Source: a virus. Taken from it: DNA of 35,517 bases. Every line of letters starts with the position of its first letter. Position 1 is the first letter of the stretch. A program made the position numbers and the translations under genes. Below the pieces are notes generated by a model that ran no database searches, was not told where the DNA came from, and was given only the letters and a program-made list of their open reading frames with translations. The stretch lies in IMG/VR virus record IMGVR_UViG_3300028897_000210; one strand, 5' to 3'. Positions 1-8,293 of the stretch are shown here, piece by piece.

Positions 1-144
1 TCACGCGTGTTTGGAACTGATCCCACGTCTCGTTATGCTGCGGATAGACTCCGAAGAAAGGAGCCAATCCTCCAAAAGGATTGGTTCGCATGAAATCTGC
101 GATCTTGTCTTCGTCGCTCATCCGCTTAAAGAATAGCGACTCGC
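1..144. repeat. terminal direct repeat, copy A (circular-closure overlap)
   Basis: Bases 1-144 (tcacgcgtgtttggaactg...gaatagcgactcgc) are identical to 35374-35517. The unique genome is therefore 35,373 bp. Confidence 0.95.
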
Positions 145-421
145 CGTAGGTTCCACTCGGAGTTCTTGTCTCCATTGGCTGCGCTACTGGACCCTGAGGA
201 GCTTCCAGCCGTTTGGTCTCGCTGCTCTTACGCAGCATGTCGGCATAGATCTGCTCCATATTCGCAGGAGCGCCCGGAACTTTGTTCGGAATACGCCCGC
301 CAAAATCAACGCCGGGCTGACCTGGCATCATGTCCAGCGGGCGCGCATTTGTCTGGAATTCTCCGATTCCAGTTCCGCGCAAAGCGTTGATGAAGCTAGG
401 CGACGCGGCGTTCTGTGCCAT
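1..421 (-). CDS. virion-module hypothetical protein, N-terminal part of a junction-spanning gene (continues at 35373..35306)
   Basis: Hand translation of the minus strand from ATG 421 (GGAGAatgccgATG) gives MAQNAASPSFINALRGTGIGEFQTNARPLDMMPGQPGVDFGGRIPNKVPGAPANMEQIYADMLRKSSETKRLEAPQGPVAQPMETRTPSGTYGESLFFKR. This runs in frame into MSDEDKIADF..., which is track ORF 35306..35494. The joined product is about 162 aa. The track misses it because it crosses the window edge. Confidence 0.7.
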   Translation of the reverse strand, partial: MAQNAASPSFINALRGTGIGEFQTNARPLDMMPGQPGVDFGGRIPNKVPGAPANMEQIYADMLRKSSETKRLEAPQGPVAQPMETRTPSGTYGESLFFKRMSDEDKIADFMRTNPFGGLAPFFGVYPQHNETWDQFQTRV

Positions 422-848
422 CGGCATTCTCCAAATAGCGGCATTGCTCTTTTGTCATCGAAAGGATCACGATATCTCCACCATCATCGTGCATCCCCGG
501 CATTCTGTACTCCTCGACGAAGCCAAGATGAAGGTCGTACTTCATCGCACGCTCGTTCTTTGAATTCACGATGCCAATCAGTTTCTTACGATTGAAATCG
601 TTGAACCCATGATTGAACACAGCAGGCAACATCGCTTTCGGCGTGTAATGCTCACCGGGCGCAAAAGCAATGTGAATCTGTGCCACGGACCCCATAAAGG
701 CGTTGAAACCAACGACCATCAATACTCTGTTCTGCCCGGTGACGTAAGCCATCACCTTCAGGTCTGCGCTGGGCTGTACGTGCGCGTACTCATTCAGAAA
801 CCGCGCGAGTAATGCCCACTGTTCCTGATTTTTCGGGTACACTATCAC
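396..848 (-). CDS. GNAT-like (RimJ/RimL-type) acetyltransferase-fold protein in the virion module
   Basis: Track ORF 396..872 starts at a GTG. A better start is GTG 848, which sits 6 nt after GGGGGAGG and overlaps the upstream stop (GTGA). The C-terminal half, IHIAFAPGEHYTPKAMLPAVFNHGFNDFNRKKLIGIVNSKNERAMKYDLHLGFVEEYRMPG...DIVILSMTKEQ, follows the GNAT core pattern (N..s..l..k.GF..eG). No canonical Q/RxxGxG/A motif is visible. Confidence 0.5.
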   Translation of the reverse strand: MIVYPKNQEQWALLARFLNEYAHVQPSADLKVMAYVTGQNRVLMVVGFNAFMGSVAQIHIAFAPGEHYTPKAMLPAVFNHGFNDFNRKKLIGIVNSKNERAMKYDLHLGFVEEYRMPGMHDDGGDIVILSMTKEQCRYLENADGTERRVA

Positions 849-2608
849 AACGGGCCTCCCCCCTTGACCCACCAGTCAATAGAAGCGAGGGTCAAGCCCC
901 CGATGGCGATATAATCAAACTGCGCAGTAGCCGCGAAACCAGCGCCCACAGTGCCGAGCCATCTACGAATTGGATACGGAGGACCGCCCCACTCGCCGAC
1001 ATCCCACAAATCTGTATCCCAAATCCCAACTGCAACTACTGGGAGAGTAGGCACGCTTTTCCATTCTGGAGCAACGTAATCCGTAAGAATTTTGATGGTC
1101 CCTTGCGGCACAATCTGCGCGAGGAACATGGGCCGGACCATTGGATACGACTTGAGTAATCCAGGCGCTCCGAAGCCGTTATACGCAGGAACTACGCGGC
1201 ACCGAATAGATGATCGGTTAGCACCCTCCTCCTTACCAGCAGCGTTGTCCTGCTGATTTGAAAACATGAGATAGACGCGGCCAGCGGCATCTCCACGCAT
1301 CGTTGGATCACCACCGCCAAAAATCAAGTCGCTGTGATTCGTATAGCTAAGGATAGGCAAATCAGCGAGCTTAGACCACGCCCCGTGCGCCCATCTCAAC
1401 GCGAGTTGGCTTACGCCCTCACGGACTACAACTCTCGGCAGACCAACAACTGCCATCTCCTCACGAGGAAGCACCTTGATGTACCACTCTTGCGAGCGAT
1501 TAGATGCCTTCATGTAGCGCGAAATCAGTGGATTGACCAAGTCAGATAGCCCGCCAACCGGATCACTGTTAGCGGCACTCCCCTGCACTAACTTGGACAG
1601 CGGCGTAAGGCCTCGCACTGACAGAATCCATACGTCGCCCCCAGTGAGATCAACTTGCCGCCGCCCAGCGGGTAACGGACCGACGTACCAGATGCCATGA
1701 AGCGAAAAGGCATTGGGGTCTTCAGCCGCGCTGTCCGGATCGTAGCCCTTAAAGATCACTATGTCGCCTTCAGACCCTACGGCGACAAGGTAATCATCAA
1801 TTCCCTCGCCTCCATCCAATGTCCAGTTGACAAGAGCTACAAGATAGCCCCCGTGCCTGAAGTGAGTTCCGAAATCGAACAAACTAGCTTGGCCCGTGAT
1901 TTGCTCAACAGGCAGATACCACGAGCGAGTTGAATTCTTTTCAACGAACCATAGACGTCGTTTCCAAACCATCAGAAAGACGAACAAATCCGGGTCAATG
2001 CCCGTAATCTGTCCGATATTGTCGCCTTCCATGATGTGAGCGAATCCAGTCGACAGTGTCGCGAAACCATCAGAGAATCCGTCGCTAAATCCCCCGGCTC
2101 CGTAGGCGTAGTATCCTCCCTCGTAATTGCAAGCCAGCAGAAATGAACCGGCAGCGTTCTGGAAATTGCGCCACGTCCAGTAGTCGCTCGTTACGGCCCC
2201 ATCTGTAAGCCCGACCCACGGACCCCCGCCGCCAGCCGTAATGTCATAGATGTTATTGTTCGTGCAAGCGAATAATTGCCCGTTCACCACAACATCTGGA
2301 ATTTCAAGCGTGCTCGGAATGCGCAAACTGTGCGAAATAACTCCAGAAGGAGTTGCTATCGCAGGATAGTAAGACATGATCGTCGGGACAGACAAATTCC
2401 CGGGAAGATCCCAAGCCCACCCAGCGTACCCATACCGAGTAGAAAGCCCTGATTCAGTTGTAATGACGTTAATAAGATCAAGCGCAAATTCTGGCCCAAC
2501 CTTGGCAACAGGATCACGAACGTTGATGCCACTAGACGGCAGCAGTCCGGGCATAATCTGCCCATGCTGCTCTACAGCACGATGAACTCTCTGCGGCTGA
2601 GCGAACAT
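845..2608 (-). CDS. large tail structural protein (tail-tube B / nozzle position)
   Basis: 587-aa ORF with an ATGA overlap to the upstream gene. It is the largest protein after the capsid genes and sits where T7 gp12 would be. The function rests on position only. Confidence 0.5.
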   Translation of the reverse strand: MFAQPQRVHRAVEQHGQIMPGLLPSSGINVRDPVAKVGPEFALDLINVITTESGLSTRYGYAGWAWDLPGNLSVPTIMSYYPAIATPSGVISHSLRIPSTLEIPDVVVNGQLFACTNNNIYDITAGGGGPWVGLTDGAVTSDYWTWRNFQNAAGSFLLACNYEGGYYAYGAGGFSDGFSDGFATLSTGFAHIMEGDNIGQITGIDPDLFVFLMVWKRRLWFVEKNSTRSWYLPVEQITGQASLFDFGTHFRHGGYLVALVNWTLDGGEGIDDYLVAVGSEGDIVIFKGYDPDSAAEDPNAFSLHGIWYVGPLPAGRRQVDLTGGDVWILSVRGLTPLSKLVQGSAANSDPVGGLSDLVNPLISRYMKASNRSQEWYIKVLPREEMAVVGLPRVVVREGVSQLALRWAHGAWSKLADLPILSYTNHSDLIFGGGDPTMRGDAAGRVYLMFSNQQDNAAGKEEGANRSSIRCRVVPAYNGFGAPGLLKSYPMVRPMFLAQIVPQGTIKILTDYVAPEWKSVPTLPVVAVGIWDTDLWDVGEWGGPPYPIRRWLGTVGAGFAATAQFDYIAIGGLTLASIDWWVKGGGPL

Positions 2609-3342
2609 CAGTTTCCAAGTCCAGTGTCTGGCGTGTTGACTAAATTGTCCAGATAACGAAAGCCCATGTACGACCCAGCATTCAGCGAAAGGGCTTGCGC
2701 CATCTGATTACGCGAAGTCAACTCCTTGAAACGCTCATTGAAGTCCTGCTGCACTGCCGTCGTGTTCATGCCACGATTTTCGAGCCACTTAATGCGGAGC
2801 GCCTGCGTGAACAGCAGCGAATCGTGCATCGGAGTATCGCTATTCTTTGACAAGCGATTCTTTTTCGTAGCCGTATCGCCGTCGATCACCCAATCCTTGG
2901 AAATGTACTCGAATGTGATGACCTCACCAGCATCCGGTGCAGTCATGAATTGAAGTTGATCGTTGAGAATACGGCACGCCGGATTAACGAAAAACGATTG
3001 CGACAACCACGACTTAATTGAAGCCCACTGCTGCGCATTAATGACAATGACCGGTCGGCGCTTGGATTGCGACCAGCCCGTATCGTCGATAATGCGAGAA
3101 AAATCAGCAGGCAAATCCCACGCCGCGCGCGATGCATCGCCAGCCAATGACCACTCCACACGAAACTGCTGCCAAGGAAAGACGTCTTGCAACATGGGGC
3201 CGATCTCATTTGCAATCGACCCCATGAAAATCGCATTTTCGTCATTCGAGTCGTAAACTCCGGTCGGCTTGACAAGATTCAGACGAGTGCAAGCATCCTG
3301 CACACACGTCAGAATCGGAGCGTAAGTGTAGAGCGCAGACAT
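2608..3342 (-). CDS. tail structural protein (adaptor / tail-tube A position)
   Basis: 244-aa ORF, translationally coupled (ATGA) to the 587-aa tail gene. The function rests on gene order only. Confidence 0.45.
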   Translation of the reverse strand: MSALYTYAPILTCVQDACTRLNLVKPTGVYDSNDENAIFMGSIANEIGPMLQDVFPWQQFRVEWSLAGDASRAAWDLPADFSRIIDDTGWSQSKRRPVIVINAQQWASIKSWLSQSFFVNPACRILNDQLQFMTAPDAGEVITFEYISKDWVIDGDTATKKNRLSKNSDTPMHDSLLFTQALRIKWLENRGMNTTAVQQDFNERFKELTSRNQMAQALSLNAGSYMGFRYLDNLVNTPDTGLGN

Positions 3343-3345
3343 GGA

Positions 3346-3912
3346 TTATTCCTTGAGCGCGCGCTTCAGTTGCTTGCGCAAATCTTTCATCTCGTCTTGC
3401 ATCTGCTGAATAGTCAGCTTCATCGACTCGTTTTCCTCACGCAGAGCGATGAATGGGGCAGACCCTTGAGCAGCGGCAATGAAATCTGTCGCTTTCTGCT
3501 TCAGCCCATTGAACCCCATGAACTTCTGCCCAGTGGAATCAGGCGCCCCGGCAAGTTGTTCCACTGTGCGAATGTTGAAGAACTTGAGCTCCTCTACCTG
3601 CGCCTTAGTGAGAAGAGGCCACTGCTCGAGCGGAGTTCCGACCACAGACTCTCCCTGCGTGCGTTGCTTGAACGCAGCATAATGGCGCGGAAAGCGATCG
3701 ATATCCTTCGGCCGCACCGGGCGCACGACGATGTTGTCCTTGCTCCCCGGAATGCGGATGTCAATCATTTCGACTTCCTTGAAAATCGGCCGACCTTCCT
3801 TGGCAGTTGCGACATCGTCCTTCACCGCATCAACGAAAAACTTGACGAGCAGATTCTCGTCGCCCGCGCCGGGACGGTGATGGACGGTGTAATCGTAATC
3901 GAGCGTTTGCAT
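3346..3912 (-). CDS. virion-module hypothetical protein with C-terminal coiled coil
   Basis: The track ORF extends to 3996. ATG 3912 is preceded by AAAAGGAGA and lies just after the upstream stop at 3929. The C-terminus, ENESMKLTIQQMQDEMKDLRKQLKRALKE, is heptad-like. Confidence 0.6.
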   Translation of the reverse strand: MQTLDYDYTVHHRPGAGDENLLVKFFVDAVKDDVATAKEGRPIFKEVEMIDIRIPGSKDNIVVRPVRPKDIDRFPRHYAAFKQRTQGESVVGTPLEQWPLLTKAQVEELKFFNIRTVEQLAGAPDSTGQKFMGFNGLKQKATDFIAAAQGSAPFIALREENESMKLTIQQMQDEMKDLRKQLKRALKE

Positions 3913-3928
3913 GGGGGAAGTCTCCTTT

Positions 3929-4507
3929 TTAGGGATTATTGGTGGGCATGATCGAACAGCTGAACTGCACAGCGGTGACATCAATAGTGCCTGCACCGTT
4001 GGGCAACCATAGCGCAGGCCCGATCACTTGGCTGGCTACGGATTTGTTGATATACCACGGCATCGTGATGGTGACCTGACGACTCGCAGCAGGCACAGAC
4101 GCAGCAGCGCCCCACAGCGGGGAGAGGACACCACCGATGAACAGACCGGCCTGAACCTCGGTTCCGTTCGCCCCCTCAAATGTGATGTTGAACGTGCCTT
4201 TGTATTGCCGCCCAGCGACGGTGCCGAGCGTGATTGTCCCCGCTGTAATCTGCGTGGTGGTCCCATCCATATTGGAAGCGAGGTAGTCGGCGTCGAACAG
4301 GTTGGGCAGAAGTGCTGCGGTGGCTGTTCTTGCGTATCCCGTCGCCGGCCCACCAGTGCGGTAGATGAACGCCACGTCCTCAACAGTTGAGTCCACGATG
4401 TCGCGCATGATCCCGCGAACGATAGCGGGAGTCACAAGACCAACGGAGTTATCCGGCATCTGCGAAGTAATCTCCGCACGGATGTCGTCAAGAAATTTGC
4501 GGCTCAC
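3929..4507 (-). CDS. virion-module hypothetical protein
   Basis: 192-aa ORF. The GTG start is 7 nt after AGGAG. It is packed tightly between neighbouring late genes. Confidence 0.6.
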   Translation of the reverse strand: MSRKFLDDIRAEITSQMPDNSVGLVTPAIVRGIMRDIVDSTVEDVAFIYRTGGPATGYARTATAALLPNLFDADYLASNMDGTTTQITAGTITLGTVAGRQYKGTFNITFEGANGTEVQAGLFIGGVLSPLWGAAASVPAASRQVTITMPWYINKSVASQVIGPALWLPNGAGTIDVTAVQFSCSIMPTNNP

Positions 4508-4511
4508 AACC

Positions 4512-4847
4512 TTACTCCTGCGCGGCCACGCACAATGCCCCGGAAGCGGAACACGGCAAGCCGCTATTGTAGTGATCGATAGCCGCAGCAGTCGCTACGA
4601 CGATGCGCCCCGCGTTCATCGGCAACCCGCCTTGCGCGAAAGACTCCACGCTGCCTAACACGCCTGCGAGCTTGCCGTCAGCAGCATAGCCTTGGCCGTT
4701 GTGCTGATGATCAACGGTGCCCGGTAATTCGACGCACAGAACACCATCGGCGTTGAAGGGGAGGCCACCAGAAAAGTGCGTGGGCGCGTCCGCGGTATTA
4801 CGGATACGCCCGCTACCGTCGAACTTCAGGAGACTGTGGTTCAGCAT
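4512..4847 (-). CDS. hypothetical virion protein with three GLP-type motifs
   Basis: 111-aa ORF with ATG preceded by GGAGGAAAAG. It contains GGLPFNADG, GGLPMNAGR and SGLPCSASG. Confidence 0.55.
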   Translation of the reverse strand: MLNHSLLKFDGSGRIRNTADAPTHFSGGLPFNADGVLCVELPGTVDHQHNGQGYAADGKLAGVLGSVESFAQGGLPMNAGRIVVATAAAIDHYNSGLPCSASGALCVAAQE

Positions 4848-4989
4848 CTCTTTTCCTCCCAGTTCCTACGCCTAGCGATGAGTCGTTCCTTACTTCTGCG
4901 TCTTGCTTCACCGTGTTATGACTCCCGACCACCACCGTGCAGGCTACCAATCCCACTGCGATGATAATCAGCAGGACTGGTAGCCACAC
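4813..4989 (-). CDS. possible small membrane protein (58 aa)
   Basis: GTG 4989 lies right after the upstream stop. The product, (M)WLPVLLIIIAVGLVACTVVVGSHNTVKQDAEV..., has one clear TM helix. There is no good SD, and it overlaps the next gene start by 35 nt. Confidence 0.3.
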   Translation of the reverse strand: MWLPVLLIIIAVGLVACTVVVGSHNTVKQDAEVRNDSSLGVGTGRKRDAEPQSPEVRR

Positions 4990-4991
4990 GA

Positions 4992-5519
4992 TTACGCCAC
5001 GTCGGGGAGTTGCGTAGCAGACGAGCCAAACACCGACTGCCCGGCGACAAGTGAGACACCGGAACGATTGCTCCATCCGGTTTCCACTGCCGCGCCATTC
5101 GCCACCGCGCCGGTTGCTGTCACGGTTTTGATTGCGAAGCCGGTGAACGGCGTGGTGCCACCGTCTCGTGATCCGCCGTTACCCGCCATGCAGATCGCAA
5201 CTTGCGATACGTCATACGGGTCAGGCGTGCCATCTGCTTCGCTGCGGCCACCGCCGATATACATCAGGCTGGAATCCGCTGCTTCATCACCGCTGGGCAA
5301 AGTCTGGCCGGGGATGTAGTCGTCAGTGAACTGCGGCCCAATGTCGCCAAGAATCGGCGGTGAACCAAAGCCGATGCCGGTGCAGAGAGCACCAGTGCCC
5401 ACACCCTTGTCGAAGGGCGAAGCCTTGGGACCGGACAGCGGGTCGAAAATGACGCACGGCCCCTGTGAAGGATTCGCAGCGTTTTGAGCTGCGGTTGCAC
5501 CGGGTAGATATGCTGGCAT
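4992..5519 (-). CDS. Gly-rich protein downstream of the capsid gene (possible decoration or head-fibre protein)
   Basis: The track ORF extends to 5645. ATG 5519 is preceded by AGGAGA. The product starts MPAYLPGATAAQNAANP.... The function rests on position only. Confidence 0.5.
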   Translation of the reverse strand: MPAYLPGATAAQNAANPSQGPCVIFDPLSGPKASPFDKGVGTGALCTGIGFGSPPILGDIGPQFTDDYIPGQTLPSGDEAADSSLMYIGGGRSEADGTPDPYDVSQVAICMAGNGGSRDGGTTPFTGFAIKTVTATGAVANGAAVETGWSNRSGVSLVAGQSVFGSSATQLPDVA

Positions 5520-5581
5520 GCGAATCTCCTGTTCAAAAAGGGGTGGGGAGATGCTCCCCACCCAAACCCCCAGCGAAAGGA

Positions 5582-6544
5582 TTAGTTGTTGTCGACCAGA
5601 CGACCCTGGAACTGGCGACCCGAGCAAGTCAGGTTGCCTGCCCATCCCAGGATTTGCACCTCCGCGTCTTGGTTGATCGCATACCGCTTGTTCGGCGACA
5701 GCGGAACCATGTTGCGCGCCGCATGCGGACGCCAGTGCAGGTACTTCGTGTTGAGGAAGTACGCCGTCTTGGTCGTCGCGTAGCCGCCGAGGCCGCCATC
5801 CAGCAGAACGTCTGCCGTCATGTACTTCAGCGTTGGGAAGCCACGCGTCGCACTGTCAGCCCCGGTGAATCGTTGCTGGCTTTGCAGGCTGGCGACAAAG
5901 ATGCCCCAGAAGTCGTTGTCCATCACGATCAGGTCGGGCTTGTCCATGCCTCGGACGAGCGAAGCCCACATCGTGTTCATCGCGCCGTCAACAGTCGTGG
6001 CGTCCAGACCAGCGGCAGTGTACTTATTGGCCCAGAAGGCCCACAGCGCCGGATCGATGCCACCATAAGCGCCGACCGTAGGGGTCACGCTCACGGCCAA
6101 ATCCAGACCCGTGACTTCCTTGCCGCCCGCCCCAGTGCCGTCCGAGTAGATGCCCTCGGCAATCAGGTTCGCCATGGACGACTCGGCGACGCTGATACGG
6201 CCTTCGAGCAGGTCGATCATCTGCTCTCGGCCCGCGTTCTGGAGTTGCTCCAGCCCGCTGATGATCACCGGGCACGCCGCTTGCTTGATCTCGAACTCGG
6301 CAGCCGACAGCACGTCCTGCGCAGCAACCGGGAGGAGATCGTAGCCGCTGTACCATCCGGCGTTGCCGTTCGCGGCGAAGCTCAGCTCTTGGAGGATCTT
6401 GTAGCCGCCGCTGATGGTCTTGACGCGACCACCGGCGTCCAACCACGTCAGAAGACCGTTGTTCTTCGTGACGTTGTCGGCGATTTTCCGCGACCGGTTT
6501 TCGATCGTGGTAGCGACGATGTCGCTGATGTTGGGGAATGCCAT
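5582..6544 (-). CDS. major capsid protein
   Basis: 320-aa ORF directly after the scaffold-like gene. The N-terminus, MAFPNISDIVATTIENRSRKIADNVTKNNGLLTWL, is typical of podoviral HK97-fold coat proteins. A 111-nt structured leader precedes it. Confidence 0.75.
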   Translation of the reverse strand: MAFPNISDIVATTIENRSRKIADNVTKNNGLLTWLDAGGRVKTISGGYKILQELSFAANGNAGWYSGYDLLPVAAQDVLSAAEFEIKQAACPVIISGLEQLQNAGREQMIDLLEGRISVAESSMANLIAEGIYSDGTGAGGKEVTGLDLAVSVTPTVGAYGGIDPALWAFWANKYTAAGLDATTVDGAMNTMWASLVRGMDKPDLIVMDNDFWGIFVASLQSQQRFTGADSATRGFPTLKYMTADVLLDGGLGGYATTKTAYFLNTKYLHWRPHAARNMVPLSPNKRYAINQDAEVQILGWAGNLTCSGRQFQGRLVDNN

Positions 6545-6655
6545 TTCAAACTCCTGTCAGTTCAATGGTTGAAGGATTTTCAGCCATCGGCGCCCTTTTG
6601 GGCTGACGACGCTTTTGCGTCTCCGTCGTAGGCTTTCGCCTCGGGAAGGAGCTTA

Positions 6656-7684
6656 CTATTCGGACAATCGCGAAATGGCAGCTTCGATATCCTCGCGCAT
6701 GGAGTTTGTTGGAGGAACGGTCCCTTGAGGGTGAACCGCAGGTGCTCCTCGAACACTGGACCCCTTGCGCCGAGCTTCGTCCGCCGCCCGTTTCGCTTCA
6801 GCTGCTGAAGCCGCCTTTCTTCGGTCCTCAACAACCTTCGCAATGTCCTCGTGCATCATAATAGCACGGTTGTAGGCCGATTGCAAGTCCATTTTTTGCC
6901 CTCGTTTTGCCGCTACTTCCATGAGATCGGCCATTGTATCCCGAACATCGCTGAAAAACTCGTTTTTCGGGTCTTGAGCAAAGGCTTCAATGGAAGAATT
7001 TGCAGTTTCTTCCATAGAACTCATACTTTGCCGCTCTCGCTCAGTCAACTGCTGTGCTAATTTCTGAATTGGCGAGAGTTGCTGCTGAAGATACGCCTGA
7101 AGCTGCGGATCAACTCCGCCCGCGGGAGCTTGACCCGCCAAAAGCGAGTCCAAAGTCCGTAAATCCACGCCGAACTGCTGAATAATGTTCGCCGCAGCAT
7201 GTGCTTTCTCGATTGGAGTGCCCATCTGCAGAATTGCAGCCGTCCGCATCATATTCGACACGGTTTGGATGGGATCTCCGCTCCCTGCGGCAATCATGGA
7301 CTCGTAAGGCTTGATTGCCTGAGAAAACCGCTCCTGAAGCTGACGAGCCTCGGCTGACGTAGTCAGTCCGCGTGAAATTTCAGACTCCCTACGCACAATT
7401 TCCTCTTGAATTTCAGGCGGTAGGGACGCCCATTTCTCCCGCATCGTGGGCTTCCACGATCCAGGAGCTTTGAATTTGAGTTCTTGCTGTTGCGGCTCTG
7501 GCGGAGTCTCTTTCGCAGGCGGAGGGGTGTCCGCAGGCGGAGTTTCTTTCGCAGGCGGAGGGGTGTCCGCAGGCGGAGTCTCCGCAGGCGGAGGAGTGTC
7601 CGCAGGCGGAGTATCGTCCGCAGCAGGTTCTTGGGCCTCGTAGGCCGCGTTGATCGTGTCTCTCAAAGATAGTTCTTCACTCAC
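6656..7684 (-). CDS. scaffolding-like protein with Pro/Thr/Asp repeat N-terminus
   Basis: 342-aa ORF with a GTG start 7 nt after AAGGAGA. It lies between the portal and capsid genes. It is helical, Ala/Gln/Glu-rich and carries (TPPADTPPPAKE) repeats. Confidence 0.6.
   Translation of the reverse strand: MSEELSLRDTINAAYEAQEPAADDTPPADTPPPAETPPADTPPPAKETPPADTPPPAKETPPEPQQQELKFKAPGSWKPTMREKWASLPPEIQEEIVRRESEISRGLTTSAEARQLQERFSQAIKPYESMIAAGSGDPIQTVSNMMRTAAILQMGTPIEKAHAAANIIQQFGVDLRTLDSLLAGQAPAGGVDPQLQAYLQQQLSPIQKLAQQLTERERQSMSSMEETANSSIEAFAQDPKNEFFSDVRDTMADLMEVAAKRGQKMDLQSAYNRAIMMHEDIAKVVEDRRKAASAAEAKRAADEARRKGSSVRGAPAVHPQGTVPPTNSMREDIEAAISRLSE
7500..7622. repeat. 36-bp tandem repeat (about 3.4 units) inside the scaffold gene
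   Basis: ggcggagtctctttcgcaggcggaggggtgtccgca at 7500-7535 repeats nearly exactly at 7536-7571. Shortened units follow up to 7622. Confidence 0.85.
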
Positions 7685-8012
7685 TGGGGATTCTCCTTGG
7701 TTTATATCCCGAACGCACGCGCTCGAGTGCTTCGTTTACATCATTCTTACGAGTCGAATCGATTCCTTTTTGAATTTTCTCTCGCTCGGCTGCGGCTCGC
7801 TTCCAGGTTTCTGTGAAATCATCCGCAGTAGTGAGTCCATTGCGTCGCATGTACTCACGATGCTGAGCGCGTGAAGCGTAGCGAGGGTCGCGATCGTCCT
7901 GATAAAGACGATCGTTCCACAATAGGCTATCGTGGCTGCGGGATTCTGGAACGTGGTCATCGCTCACCTCCACGGCTTCTTCGCCAAAGTACACCCAGCG
8001 CCGCCGAGTCAT
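7677..8012 (-). CDS. hypothetical head-module protein
   Basis: The track start at 8021 is a TTG. ATG 8012 forms an ATGA overlap with the upstream stop. The product starts MTRRRWVYFGEEAVEV.... Confidence 0.6.
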   Translation of the reverse strand: MTRRRWVYFGEEAVEVSDDHVPESRSHDSLLWNDRLYQDDRDPRYASRAQHREYMRRNGLTTADDFTETWKRAAAEREKIQKGIDSTRKNDVNEALERVRSGYKPRRIPSE

Positions 8013-8293
8013 GTCCACCAACTCTTCTTACGCACGATTGGATTTCCTTGGGCATCGAAAAAGCCGAAGCCTTCAATGTCCGGCGCAGACGACGTCTTTT
8101 TCCCGAGCTCTTTCTGAAGCTCCTCGTACGCCTTCTGCCTTTCCTCCATCTTCTTGCGCAGCCCTTCCTGATAAAGCCGGTTAAGAATGCGCGGATCCGG
8201 CGCCTGAGGCGCATCCTGAGGCGGAGCCGCCGGTTCCGGCGGCTTGCGCAATCCTTTGACGAGGGCTTCAAGCTCCTGTTGCGGGTCGGCCAT
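8009..8293 (-). CDS. hypothetical head-module protein (94 aa)
   Basis: ATG 8293 is preceded by GGAGA and overlaps the portal 3' end by 26 nt. The product starts MADPQQELEALVKGL.... Confidence 0.55.
   Translation of the reverse strand: MADPQQELEALVKGLRKPPEPAAPPQDAPQAPDPRILNRLYQEGLRKKMEERQKAYEELQKELGKKTSSAPDIEGFGFFDAQGNPIVRKKSWWT

Noticed and set aside
3187-3951. A 254-aa plus-strand ORF
   Set aside because: It is antisense to two coupled late genes and has no SD.
5465-6631. A 388-aa plus-strand ORF
   Set aside because: It is antisense to the major capsid gene and Arg/Val/Ala-rich, which is typical of a GC-rich shadow ORF.
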